A stretch of 62,713 bases of DNA, from NCBI GenBank assembly GCA_964606775.1, contig CAZSGW010000001.1, positions 90,002 through 152,714 on the forward strand, read 5' to 3'. The stretch's first letter is position 1, and each line of letters opens with the position of its first letter. Of this stretch, positions 35,402-43,516 are shown piece after piece. The notes beneath the pieces are model-generated. The model had not been told where the DNA came from. It was given only the letters and a program-made list of their open reading frames with translations, and made no database searches. The translations under genes were made by a program, and so were the position numbers. The stretch is from Candidatus Woesearchaeota archaeon. GTDB lineage: Archaea > Nanobdellota > Nanobdellia > Pacearchaeales > GW2011-AR1.

Positions 35402-36391
35402 ATGGAAATATTAACAAAATTGTCAAAACTCCCTTTAATAGGAAAAGTAGCGGGAGTGGTTGGAACAGTAGCAATTATTTCAGCTCCAATAATTTACTCA
35501 ATTACCGGAAATAAACAAGAAGCAAAAGAGAAAAAAATAGAAAGAAAAGAATGGTGGGAAGAACAATCAGAAAAATCAAAAGTAGTTTTTGGTGAAGGGT
35601 ATCTAAAAGATGGCTATTCTGTTTTTGATCCTAACCCCGAATATGAACCAAGAACAAAAGTTCAAGATGCTGTAAAAACAGGACTTTATGTTTTATCAGA
35701 CAACCTCTCTGGATCTTCTGAGATTTTAGATGGAATAGAATTAGCTATTGAAACAGAAAACAAAATAAAAGAAAATCTTGAAACCAAAGCTCAAAAAAAA
35801 CCAATTAAAAAAGAAAAAACAAAGGGAACATTTACAGACAAAAGAGATAATCAAGAATATAAATGGGTAAAAATAGGAGACCAAATTTGGATGGCTGAAA
35901 ATTTAAATTATTCAACTTCTTACGGTTCTTGGTGTTATGATAATAAAAAATCGAATTGTGAAACATACGGAAAACTTTACAATTGGAATGTAGCTCTAAA
36001 ATCTTGTCCTAAAGGATGGCATCTGCCTTCAAATGATGATTGGGAAAAACTTGGAAAATACATTAGTAAAGATAATGGAGGATATAATCAAACTAAAGGA
36101 GATTGGGAAAAAATAGGAATGCATCTTAAATCTAAAACAGGTTGGAGATTACCTTACATAAGTTCAGTAAAAGGAACTGATGATTATGGATTTTCCGCAC
36201 TAGGAGGGGGTTATCGTAGTGATGATGGAAAACTAATGAGCGGCTTAAAAATTATGGGAAATTGGTGGACTTCAAGTAAAAAAGATATAAAGAATGCTTT
36301 TTCACGTACTATATATGATGAAGGAAAATTATTCAAAGAAAGTTATCCTAAACAAGGAGGATATAGTGTCCGTTGCATAAAAAATAAATAA
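35402..36391 (+). CDS. membrane-anchored protein with a FISUMP (Fibrobacter succinogenes major paralogous) domain
   Basis: 329 aa with an N-terminal TM (GKVAGVVGTVAIISAPIIYSI). The C-terminus FTDKRDNQEYKWVKIGDQIWMAENLNY...CYDNKKSNCETYGKLYNWNVALKSCPKGWHLPSNDDWEKL...GTDDYGFSALGGGYR...WWTSS...GYSVRCIK matches the FISUMP consensus almost position by position. Confidence 0.8.
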   Translation: MEILTKLSKLPLIGKVAGVVGTVAIISAPIIYSITGNKQEAKEKKIERKEWWEEQSEKSKVVFGEGYLKDGYSVFDPNPEYEPRTKVQDAVKTGLYVLSDNLSGSSEILDGIELAIETENKIKENLETKAQKKPIKKEKTKGTFTDKRDNQEYKWVKIGDQIWMAENLNYSTSYGSWCYDNKKSNCETYGKLYNWNVALKSCPKGWHLPSNDDWEKLGKYISKDNGGYNQTKGDWEKIGMHLKSKTGWRLPYISSVKGTDDYGFSALGGGYRSDDGKLMSGLKIMGNWWTSSKKDIKNAFSRTIYDEGKLFKESYPKQGGYSVRCIKNK

Positions 36392-38572
36392 CTACAAATT
36401 ACCCAATACAACTGAGCTCAAGATAAACAATACCAAAACAGCAATTAAAGCAACCACAAAGTATAACCCGATACCTCGCTTCAAATTCACCCCAATTTTA
36501 TGAGCTTTCTCAAGTTTATCTTCTCCTGAATCTACTGTAACCAAAGTCCCAGTTAAAATAAAAATTATCTGAACTAAATAAATTCCAATCGCAATTTGCA
36601 AATAATAAGGAGGAATCATAGAACTCATACTGAACGTCTCCAAGAAACCTCCAAGACCTCCAAGAGCTTCAGCACTTCCTGTTGCACCTTTTGCAATTTC
36701 TAATTTATTCAAAATAGAAGTTATCATTGCTGCTAAACCAACAACAATACCTGAAAGCAAAGGCGCTAAAAAAGTCATATTACTCTTCATACTAGAAACT
36801 GTTTCCGCAAGTAAATCTTTCAACCTCTGGGTTATTTTGCTTATATTCTTCGCATACTCTGAAATACTCATTAAACTTATTGCTGCAATCTTCAAACCTT
36901 TCTTAGAAGCTTCAACTAAAATTCTCATACTACTCGCAATCAAATCCGAAGGGTAATACTGAATAGCCCCTCTCCTCCTATCAAAAATTGCTTTCTCAAC
37001 ACTCATCCCCATTTGGCGGATATTATAATTAACCCTCTTAAAAAATTCTCCAGTCCTCAAGCCTTTTGCAGATTCAGCAACTTTTCCAAAAACAAGCTCG
37101 GGAGGAACACCATTACCCAAACGATTTCCTAATTGAAATAAAGAATTATTAAATTCGGCCTCTAATTGTTTAGTTTTCTTTCTTTCCTTAATTAGCTCCT
37201 TAGTCCTTTCCCTATAAGCAATAGAATAAAATAAAGCCACTCCAAGAGGAATGAACAAACTCAAAAAAACAGCGCCAATACCATAGGGTCCAGAACCATC
37301 TTCCTTAAAATCAAAAAAGTAAACTCTTCCATCAGGATCAAAAGAAGTCAAACCAACCTGAGATAAAGTAAAATCCTTTTGCATTCCAAGCGCCTCTGGA
37401 ATTGGAGTAAACTGGAAAATCAAAGGAAGAAGACCTAAAATCAAAAAAGGTAAACAAATCACAAAGGCAGTAGTATAAGGTTTCTTACTCTTAAATTTAT
37501 AATAAAGAGGGTTTCTTTCAAGTAACTTGGACTCTCCATAACCTCCTGGCCTCAACAACAAAATTTTATCTATCATAAAAAATGCAATAAAAGGAATCAG
37601 TAAATTATACAAAACAAAAATATGGATTGCTGTAATGAAATCACCCACTAAGGCGGAAGCCAAAGGAATCAAAGCAATACCTAAAACTGGAAGCATAACT
37701 GCCAACATGTAAACATTAGTCAAGGGAGACTTTACATTGTGACTAAATTTCAACATCTTATCGTAAACCCCGTCTAAAACAACTTGTAAAGACTTTTCCA
37801 AAGTGGAAATCCTTCGAGAATTATCTGGCTCGAATAAACTACTCTCAATTAAATGAAAAGCTTCAATAAATTCAACAGAATAATCTCTCCAAGTTTCAAG
37901 ATAACCATCTAAACTCTCCTTAATGGTAGAAAACTTTCCAACCTCCACATCATAAAACACCTTCTTGAAATCAAGAGCTAAAGGATCTTGCAAATTATCA
38001 GAAGTGAATGCTATTGCCTTTTCTAAATTAGGAGTATGTCTCATATAAACAACAACATACAACAAAGCTGGAACCATTTGACTCGAGGCCTTAAGTCTCC
38101 ACTTATTAGCCAATCTTGCAGGATAACCATTAACATAATAAAACAAAAAAACGGAGGCAAACAAAACCAACATAAAGAAACCAAGAGGAAATGCGGAAAT
38201 ACTTCCTTTAATCAAAACAACAGCAATAGAAGATAATAAACCAACAAAAAATATTGCCAAAAAAGACATAACTCCTAATGCTAAAGCCTCCGAAGGCCTA
38301 ACATCTAAATGTGCAATATCCAATTGTTTTTGAACTTTTTGAGCATCTTTCTCAGAAACCTTAAAATTAATTGATTTTCCCAAACTCTTAGCCAATTTCT
38401 CATATCTTGAAAGTTCAGGAGACATCTCTTTCTTAAAACCAACATAAGAACTACTATAAGCCGAAGAACTTGCAGAAGGCGATGAATCTATTTTTTTCTC
38501 AATCTGCCCCCCATATTTCTTGAGAACATCCTTCACGCTGGGTCTTTTACCTCTCGGAATTCTTCTTGCCAT
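36392..38572 (-). CDS. polytopic membrane protein, candidate pilus platform (TadC/FlaJ/PilC-like)
   Basis: 726 aa. Many TM helices are separated by soluble helical regions. It is divergent from the secretion ATPase and flanked by pilin genes. GAGGTGA (SD) lies 5 nt upstream of the ATG. The assignment rests on context and topology, not on a recognised motif. Confidence 0.5.
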   Translation of the reverse strand: MARRIPRGKRPSVKDVLKKYGGQIEKKIDSSPSASSSAYSSSYVGFKKEMSPELSRYEKLAKSLGKSINFKVSEKDAQKVQKQLDIAHLDVRPSEALALGVMSFLAIFFVGLLSSIAVVLIKGSISAFPLGFFMLVLFASVFLFYYVNGYPARLANKWRLKASSQMVPALLYVVVYMRHTPNLEKAIAFTSDNLQDPLALDFKKVFYDVEVGKFSTIKESLDGYLETWRDYSVEFIEAFHLIESSLFEPDNSRRISTLEKSLQVVLDGVYDKMLKFSHNVKSPLTNVYMLAVMLPVLGIALIPLASALVGDFITAIHIFVLYNLLIPFIAFFMIDKILLLRPGGYGESKLLERNPLYYKFKSKKPYTTAFVICLPFLILGLLPLIFQFTPIPEALGMQKDFTLSQVGLTSFDPDGRVYFFDFKEDGSGPYGIGAVFLSLFIPLGVALFYSIAYRERTKELIKERKKTKQLEAEFNNSLFQLGNRLGNGVPPELVFGKVAESAKGLRTGEFFKRVNYNIRQMGMSVEKAIFDRRRGAIQYYPSDLIASSMRILVEASKKGLKIAAISLMSISEYAKNISKITQRLKDLLAETVSSMKSNMTFLAPLLSGIVVGLAAMITSILNKLEIAKGATGSAEALGGLGGFLETFSMSSMIPPYYLQIAIGIYLVQIIFILTGTLVTVDSGEDKLEKAHKIGVNLKRGIGLYFVVALIAVLVLFILSSVVLGNL

Positions 38573-38603
38573 ATCTTCACCTCAAAAAATACAAGAAGAA
38601 ATT

Positions 38604-38623
38604 AATTAATAAAACTTTGTAAA
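38604..38623. promoter_or_regulatory. 20-nt exact repeat in the promoter region of the platform gene
   Basis: AATTAATAAAACTTTGTAAA is identical to 33339-33358. It lies 32-51 nt upstream of the ATG at 38572 (minus strand) and carries TTTTATTAA on the coding strand. Confidence 0.5.
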
Positions 38624-38729
38624 CCCTGCTAAAAAATACAAACAAAAAAATTTATTCAACAAAATATCTTATTTTTAATTCCAACCATATTTTGATTATA
38701 CAAAATGTTTTAAATTAATTCTTCTTCAA

Positions 38730-41018
38730 ATGTTTATGCAATTTGAACAAGGGGCGCCTTTGTATTCTACAGAGGTTTCTAGAGAAGGGGGTGAAGATGT
38801 TTTATACATCAATTATCTAGGAGCTCCTTTCGTTCCAAGCCTAGCCGAACACGATTTTGTTATGGAAAAAACTGTGGATTCTTTAATGGAAAATCCAAAT
38901 GTTTCAAGAATTGTTTTTGTTCAGCAAAAAAACTACAACTATGATTTTGAAGAAACGAGGATGTTATTAGAACTTGCCGAATTTTACACCTACTTAATTA
39001 AACAAGAAAAAATTTTATCTCAAGAAAAAATAGGTAATTCTCAATTTTTTTCTAAAAGATATAACTCCCTTTTCTCATTTTTACTTTTATTGAAGAAAGA
39101 TCCTCTTGCAAGTTATAGCGAATTAAAAAAAATGATTTATGAACAAAGAATTTTTTCAGAAAAAGTTGGAGGTCATCTCAAATTAGACGTAGAAAATTAT
39201 CTAAACCTGCTTGAAAAAATATTATTTCTTTTTGAAAAAATTAAAATTATTGAAAATATAAAACCTTTTATAGGAGACTATTCCCGAGGAGACAGAGAAA
39301 TTTACTCCCGTCTGTTCAGGGCAGATGTTATTCCAAATTTTTCTTTTACACGTTTAGTCTCAGATTTGCCCAATGATGCAGAAATTATAGACCAATATGA
39401 AATAGTTGGTGAAGATTACGATAAATCTCTCGTTACAATCTTACGATTAAAAGGAGAATCTAAATTAATGTACCATTTAACTCCTCCAGAACATACACTT
39501 GACGAAGACCACAACACGCTTTTAAATTTAGCGAGAGGTGTTTTGATTGAACACCAACCCAAAGCCGAAGAATTTACAGATGTCGAAAGAATCAGACAGG
39601 TTTTCTTCAACATCGCAAGAGATTTATTAAGGGATTTAGGGGAAAGTAAAGGAATAATTTTATCTTATCCAGATTTAAATAAATTAGCAAAAATCTTGGT
39701 TAGAAGCACTATTGGTTTTGGCCTAATAGAGGTTTTGTTACAAGATAAAAAAATTCACGATATTTCTCTAAACTCTCCAATCCCTCAGGTTCCAGTTTAT
39801 ATTAGACACAGAGATTATGATGAATGCCTTTCAAATATTCGTCCAAGTCAGGAAGACGCAGACTCTTGGGCTGCAAAATTTAGGATGATTTCAGGAAGGC
39901 CATTAGATGAAGCAAATCCCATTTTAGATACTCAATTAGAAATTGGAAAACTAAGGGCCAGAATTGCAATCATCCAAAAACCTCTCTCAGTAGATGGATT
40001 GGCCTATTCAATTAGACGTCACAGAGAATCTCCATGGACTCTCCCTCTTTTTGTCCAAAACAGAATGCTTAATCCTTTCGCCGCAGGGTTATTTAGTTTT
40101 TTAATTGACGGCTCGAGAACGTTATTGGTTGCTGGAACTAGAAGTTCAGGAAAGACATCTTTGTTAGGAAGTTTATTATTGGAAATTATTCCTAAATTTA
40201 GAATTATTGTTGTTGAAGATACATCAGAATTGCCTGTTGAATCTTTGAGAAAATTAGATTATAATATTATTCGAATGTTAGTTCGTTCTGCTATGATGAA
40301 AGGAGAAGCGGGAGTTTCTGCGGATGATGGGATTAGGACAAGTTTACGTTTGGGTGATTCGGCTTTGATAGTTGGAGAGATTAGAAGTCAGGAAGCTAAA
40401 GCACTTTATGAGGCAATGAGGGTTGGAGCATTAGCAAACGTGGTTGCCGGAACAATTCACGGTGCTTCACCGTATGGGGTTTTCGATAGGGTTGTTAATG
40501 ATTTAAATGTACCTGCTACATCCTTCAAAGCTACCGATTTGATAACCGTTTGCAATCCAGTTAAATCTCCAGATGGCTTACAATCGTGGAAGAGGTGTGT
40601 AAGATTATCTGAGATTAGAAAACACTGGAAAGAGGATCCTCTAAAAGAACAAGGTTTTGTAGATTTAATGAAATATAATGTGGAAAAAGACGAGCTTGAA
40701 CCCAGTGAAGATTTAATCAATGGAGATAGCGAGATAATAAAAGACATTGCTTCAAGCGTTAAAGGATGGGCGGGCAATTGGGATGCTGTTTATGATAATG
40801 TTTTACTAAGAGCGAAAATGAAAAAAGAAATTGTAGAAGTTTCAAAGAAAGCTGGAAATCCAGACATCCTTGAAGCAAAATTTAATACTCTTGCAAATCA
40901 TCAGTTTCATAAAATTTCTTCAGAAGTTTCTAAAGAGATTGGAATTCCTTCTAGCGAGAGAGTTTTTCCTGAGTGGCAAAAATGGTTGAATCAGGAAGTT
41001 AAGAAATGGGGCATTTAG
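38730..41018 (+). CDS. type II/IV secretion family ATPase (FlaI/VirB11/TadA-like) with a long N-terminal extension
   Basis: 762 aa. Walker A is LLVAGTRSSGKTSLLGSLL and Walker B is RIIVVEDTSEL. GEIRSQEA and AGTIHGASP (His box) are also present. A second ATG at 38736 is also possible. Confidence 0.85.
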   Translation: MFMQFEQGAPLYSTEVSREGGEDVLYINYLGAPFVPSLAEHDFVMEKTVDSLMENPNVSRIVFVQQKNYNYDFEETRMLLELAEFYTYLIKQEKILSQEKIGNSQFFSKRYNSLFSFLLLLKKDPLASYSELKKMIYEQRIFSEKVGGHLKLDVENYLNLLEKILFLFEKIKIIENIKPFIGDYSRGDREIYSRLFRADVIPNFSFTRLVSDLPNDAEIIDQYEIVGEDYDKSLVTILRLKGESKLMYHLTPPEHTLDEDHNTLLNLARGVLIEHQPKAEEFTDVERIRQVFFNIARDLLRDLGESKGIILSYPDLNKLAKILVRSTIGFGLIEVLLQDKKIHDISLNSPIPQVPVYIRHRDYDECLSNIRPSQEDADSWAAKFRMISGRPLDEANPILDTQLEIGKLRARIAIIQKPLSVDGLAYSIRRHRESPWTLPLFVQNRMLNPFAAGLFSFLIDGSRTLLVAGTRSSGKTSLLGSLLLEIIPKFRIIVVEDTSELPVESLRKLDYNIIRMLVRSAMMKGEAGVSADDGIRTSLRLGDSALIVGEIRSQEAKALYEAMRVGALANVVAGTIHGASPYGVFDRVVNDLNVPATSFKATDLITVCNPVKSPDGLQSWKRCVRLSEIRKHWKEDPLKEQGFVDLMKYNVEKDELEPSEDLINGDSEIIKDIASSVKGWAGNWDAVYDNVLLRAKMKKEIVEVSKKAGNPDILEAKFNTLANHQFHKISSEVSKEIGIPSSERVFPEWQKWLNQEVKKWGI

Positions 41019-41052
41019 TTAATTTTATTAATTATCCTTTATTGTTATTTCT

Positions 41053-41871
41053 ATGAAGAAATTAAGTGTTTTATTTTTATTTGTTTTTTGCTTGAGTTTC
41101 ATTAGTGCGAATTCTGTTGTTTTTCACTTGAGTAATGAAAATGTTTTAGTAGAATATAAGTTGGAAGAGGTTTATGATTTAGAGATTGAACTTCCTTCTA
41201 ATGTTAAGGCCTTGGAAGTTAATAAAGAGTATTCTTTTGAAAAAGACATTTTAAAAGTTGATGAAGGAAGGGATGTAGAAATAAAATATATTTCTAATTA
41301 TTATGTAGAGAAAACTTCCAAAGGTAATTATTTTGTTTTTAATTTTGCTTTAAATGTTTCACATGTTAAAGTCTATTTGCCCGAGGGTTCCAAGTTGTCA
41401 GAAAATAAATTAATTTTTCCAGAGATTGAGAGTATTTCTAGTGATGGTTACAACATTATTTTAGAATGGAATAATTTTGATGAAAATGAAATTTTAGTTT
41501 CCTATGAATTTGTAGATGACGATAATTCTTTGTTTGTTTTTATTTTGATTGTAGGTGTTCTTTTCATTATTTTTCTTTTTTCAAACAAAATTGTAAAAAT
41601 GCTCCAAAGAAAAAAGGGTGTAAATGTTCGCTTTAAGGATAAGGACGGAGAGTTGTTAGGTCTGACTAAAAATTTGTTTGAAGATGAAAAAAAGATTGTT
41701 GAGTATTTGTATGGTAAAAAAGATAATGAGTCCTGGACTAAAGAAATCATAAAAGATTTGGGGATTAGTAAAGTAAAATTAAGTAGAAAGTTAAGAAGTT
41801 TGGAACAAAAGGAATTGATTAAAAGAATTCCTTACGGGAATGAAAATCGTATTCGGTTGTTAAAAAAGTGA
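41053..41871 (+). CDS. bitopic membrane protein: extracellular beta-rich domain, one TM, cytoplasmic winged-HTH
   Basis: 272 aa. It has a signal (MKKLSVLFLFVFCLSFISANS) and a TM (LFVFILIVGVLFIIFLFS). After a basic stretch comes EDEKKIVEYLYGKKDNESWTKEIIKDLGISKVKLSRKLRSLEQKELIKRIPYGNENRIRLL, which is MarR/ArsR-type wHTH-like. Confidence 0.65.
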   Translation: MKKLSVLFLFVFCLSFISANSVVFHLSNENVLVEYKLEEVYDLEIELPSNVKALEVNKEYSFEKDILKVDEGRDVEIKYISNYYVEKTSKGNYFVFNFALNVSHVKVYLPEGSKLSENKLIFPEIESISSDGYNIILEWNNFDENEILVSYEFVDDDNSLFVFILIVGVLFIIFLFSNKIVKMLQRKKGVNVRFKDKDGELLGLTKNLFEDEKKIVEYLYGKKDNESWTKEIIKDLGISKVKLSRKLRSLEQKELIKRIPYGNENRIRLLKK

Positions 41872-41878
41872 GTTGTTT

Positions 41879-41898
41879 CAGGCTGTTAACAGGCTGTT
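41879..41898. repeat. tandem direct repeat CAGGCTGTT-AA-CAGGCTGTT
   Basis: Read directly. It is relatively GC-rich, has an 11-nt period, lies just after the stop of the wHTH gene, and contains a GTTAAC palindrome at the junction. Confidence 0.5.
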
Positions 41899-41996
41899 TC
41901 ACGAATTAATTAAATAGTTTTTTTTCTTAGATGTTTTATGAAAAATCAAAGGGTCTTAGGCTCTGCATTTTACAGAAGTGTAAGGAGGTTAAAAAA

Positions 41997-42980
41997 ATGA
42001 AAACAAAATTATTAACAATCTTTGTGGTGGGTTTTTTAGCCATGTCTTTCATGATAGGATTTGTTTCAGCAGAGGGAAGTAATGTTCCTGTTACTGCTCA
42101 AGTAATTTCTTCGGAAGATGGAGATTCTTTAGTAGATAACAATTCAGCAGATGATACGCTTGAAGTGAATGAATTGGATTCTTCTGGAATTTTTTGGAAT
42201 AAAATCCAAAGAGCCTTTACATTTAGTAAAGAGAAAAAAGCTGAAATCTCTTTAAAGATAGCAGAGAAGAGAATGGCTCAGGCAGCTAAACTTTCCAAAG
42301 CTGAAAAGTATGAAAAAGCTAAAGAAATTTCTAAGAAGCATAAAATGCAATTAGAAAAAGCGGAAGCTTATCTTAAAGAGGTTGAAGTTAATGGTGATGA
42401 AGGCGAGACTAAGAAAGCGTTGGCTTCTACAATAAAGATTCAAAACAAGATAGGATCTCATAAGCAAAAAGTTGTAGAAATCCATGCAGCTATTTTAGAA
42501 AAAAATTCAGAAACTATGACTGAAGAACAACTTGCTCATCTTGAAGAAGTTTTTGAAATGATTGAATCTAAGTTAGAAGAGTCTGAGGAAAAGTTCTCAC
42601 AAAAGCAAGAAAATCTTAAGACAAAGTATAAACTTCAATCCGAGATGACTGATGAAGAAATTGAAGAAGCAATTGAAGAATACAAGGAAAATCTTTCTAT
42701 AAAAGAACAGGAAAGAATCCAGAAAAAAGAACAAGCTATAGAGGCTATTAAGAAAAAAATCCAAGATAAAAAAGCCTCAAGTAATTCAGATTCTTCAAGC
42801 GCAACTGCAGTAGCTTCTGCTTCTGGAAACGATGCAAAGGTAGCTGTTAGTGCTTCATCTTCTAGTTCAAGCGAAAATTCTGGTTCTAGTGATTCAAGTT
42901 TAGAAAACGATGAAGAAATAGGAGAGACTTCTGAAGATTCAAACGACTCTGATAAAGAAGATACTTTCTCGAGTAACTAA
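41997..42980 (+). CDS. secreted coiled-coil protein with a Ser-rich acidic tail
   Basis: The track ORF starts at 41931. The ATG at 41997 is preceded by AGGAGG (41983-41988) and gives the signal peptide MKTKLLTIFVVGFLAMSFMIGFVSAEG. The rest is K/E-rich helical, followed by a SSSATAVASASG...SSSSSSENSGSSDSS tail. Confidence 0.6.
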   Translation: MKTKLLTIFVVGFLAMSFMIGFVSAEGSNVPVTAQVISSEDGDSLVDNNSADDTLEVNELDSSGIFWNKIQRAFTFSKEKKAEISLKIAEKRMAQAAKLSKAEKYEKAKEISKKHKMQLEKAEAYLKEVEVNGDEGETKKALASTIKIQNKIGSHKQKVVEIHAAILEKNSETMTEEQLAHLEEVFEMIESKLEESEEKFSQKQENLKTKYKLQSEMTDEEIEEAIEEYKENLSIKEQERIQKKEQAIEAIKKKIQDKKASSNSDSSSATAVASASGNDAKVAVSASSSSSSENSGSSDSSLENDEEIGETSEDSNDSDKEDTFSSN

Positions 42981-43165
42981 AACCAATTTTTATTTTTTTT
43001 TATTTTTTTATTTATTCTTAAAAAATTTATTCCGCATTTCGAGCATACCAATTTTACCAAAACAATCTGATTTTCAAATAAAAACAAAAAATTCAGAAAA
43101 TCAAAAGCTAACTGAAAAAATATCTAAATAAAAACAAATTTAAACTTACTTAAACTTAATATCAT

Positions 43166-43486
43166 ATGGCAGACGATGAAAATTACATGGATCAGGCTTA
43201 CAATGAAACAAATCTAAAGTTCAACGATATAGAGCAAAAACAAAGAATTCTAAAAGACAGACTATTGTTGGTGGGACAAAACCTAATAGATACAAAACAA
43301 GAAACATCAGAAAAAATCCTTGAGATAAAAAAAGAAATTGAAGAATTACACGAAAGTTTTGAAAAAGTAAAAAGATTCATAGAAAACATTTCAAAGGAAC
43401 TTCCAAAATTTGCAAAAAAAGACGATGTAGAAATACTTGCAAAACAAGCAAAGATGTTCGAACCTCTCGAATCATTAAAAAGATAA
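43166..43486 (+). CDS. coiled-coil protein
   Basis: 106 aa. Its C-terminal part (ISKELPKFAKKDD) resembles the end of 43517-44227 (FSKTLPEFAKKYN). Confidence 0.5.
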   Translation: MADDENYMDQAYNETNLKFNDIEQKQRILKDRLLLVGQNLIDTKQETSEKILEIKKEIEELHESFEKVKRFIENISKELPKFAKKDDVEILAKQAKMFEPLESLKR

Positions 43487-43516
43487 AATTAAAAATAAGA
43501 TTTACCTAAAAACAAC

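Noticed and set aside
38036-38236. 66-aa plus-strand ORF inside the platform gene, and 39416-39613 and 40457-40777 (-) inside the ATPase gene.
   Set aside because: They are short shadows inside long ORFs with strong topology or motif support.
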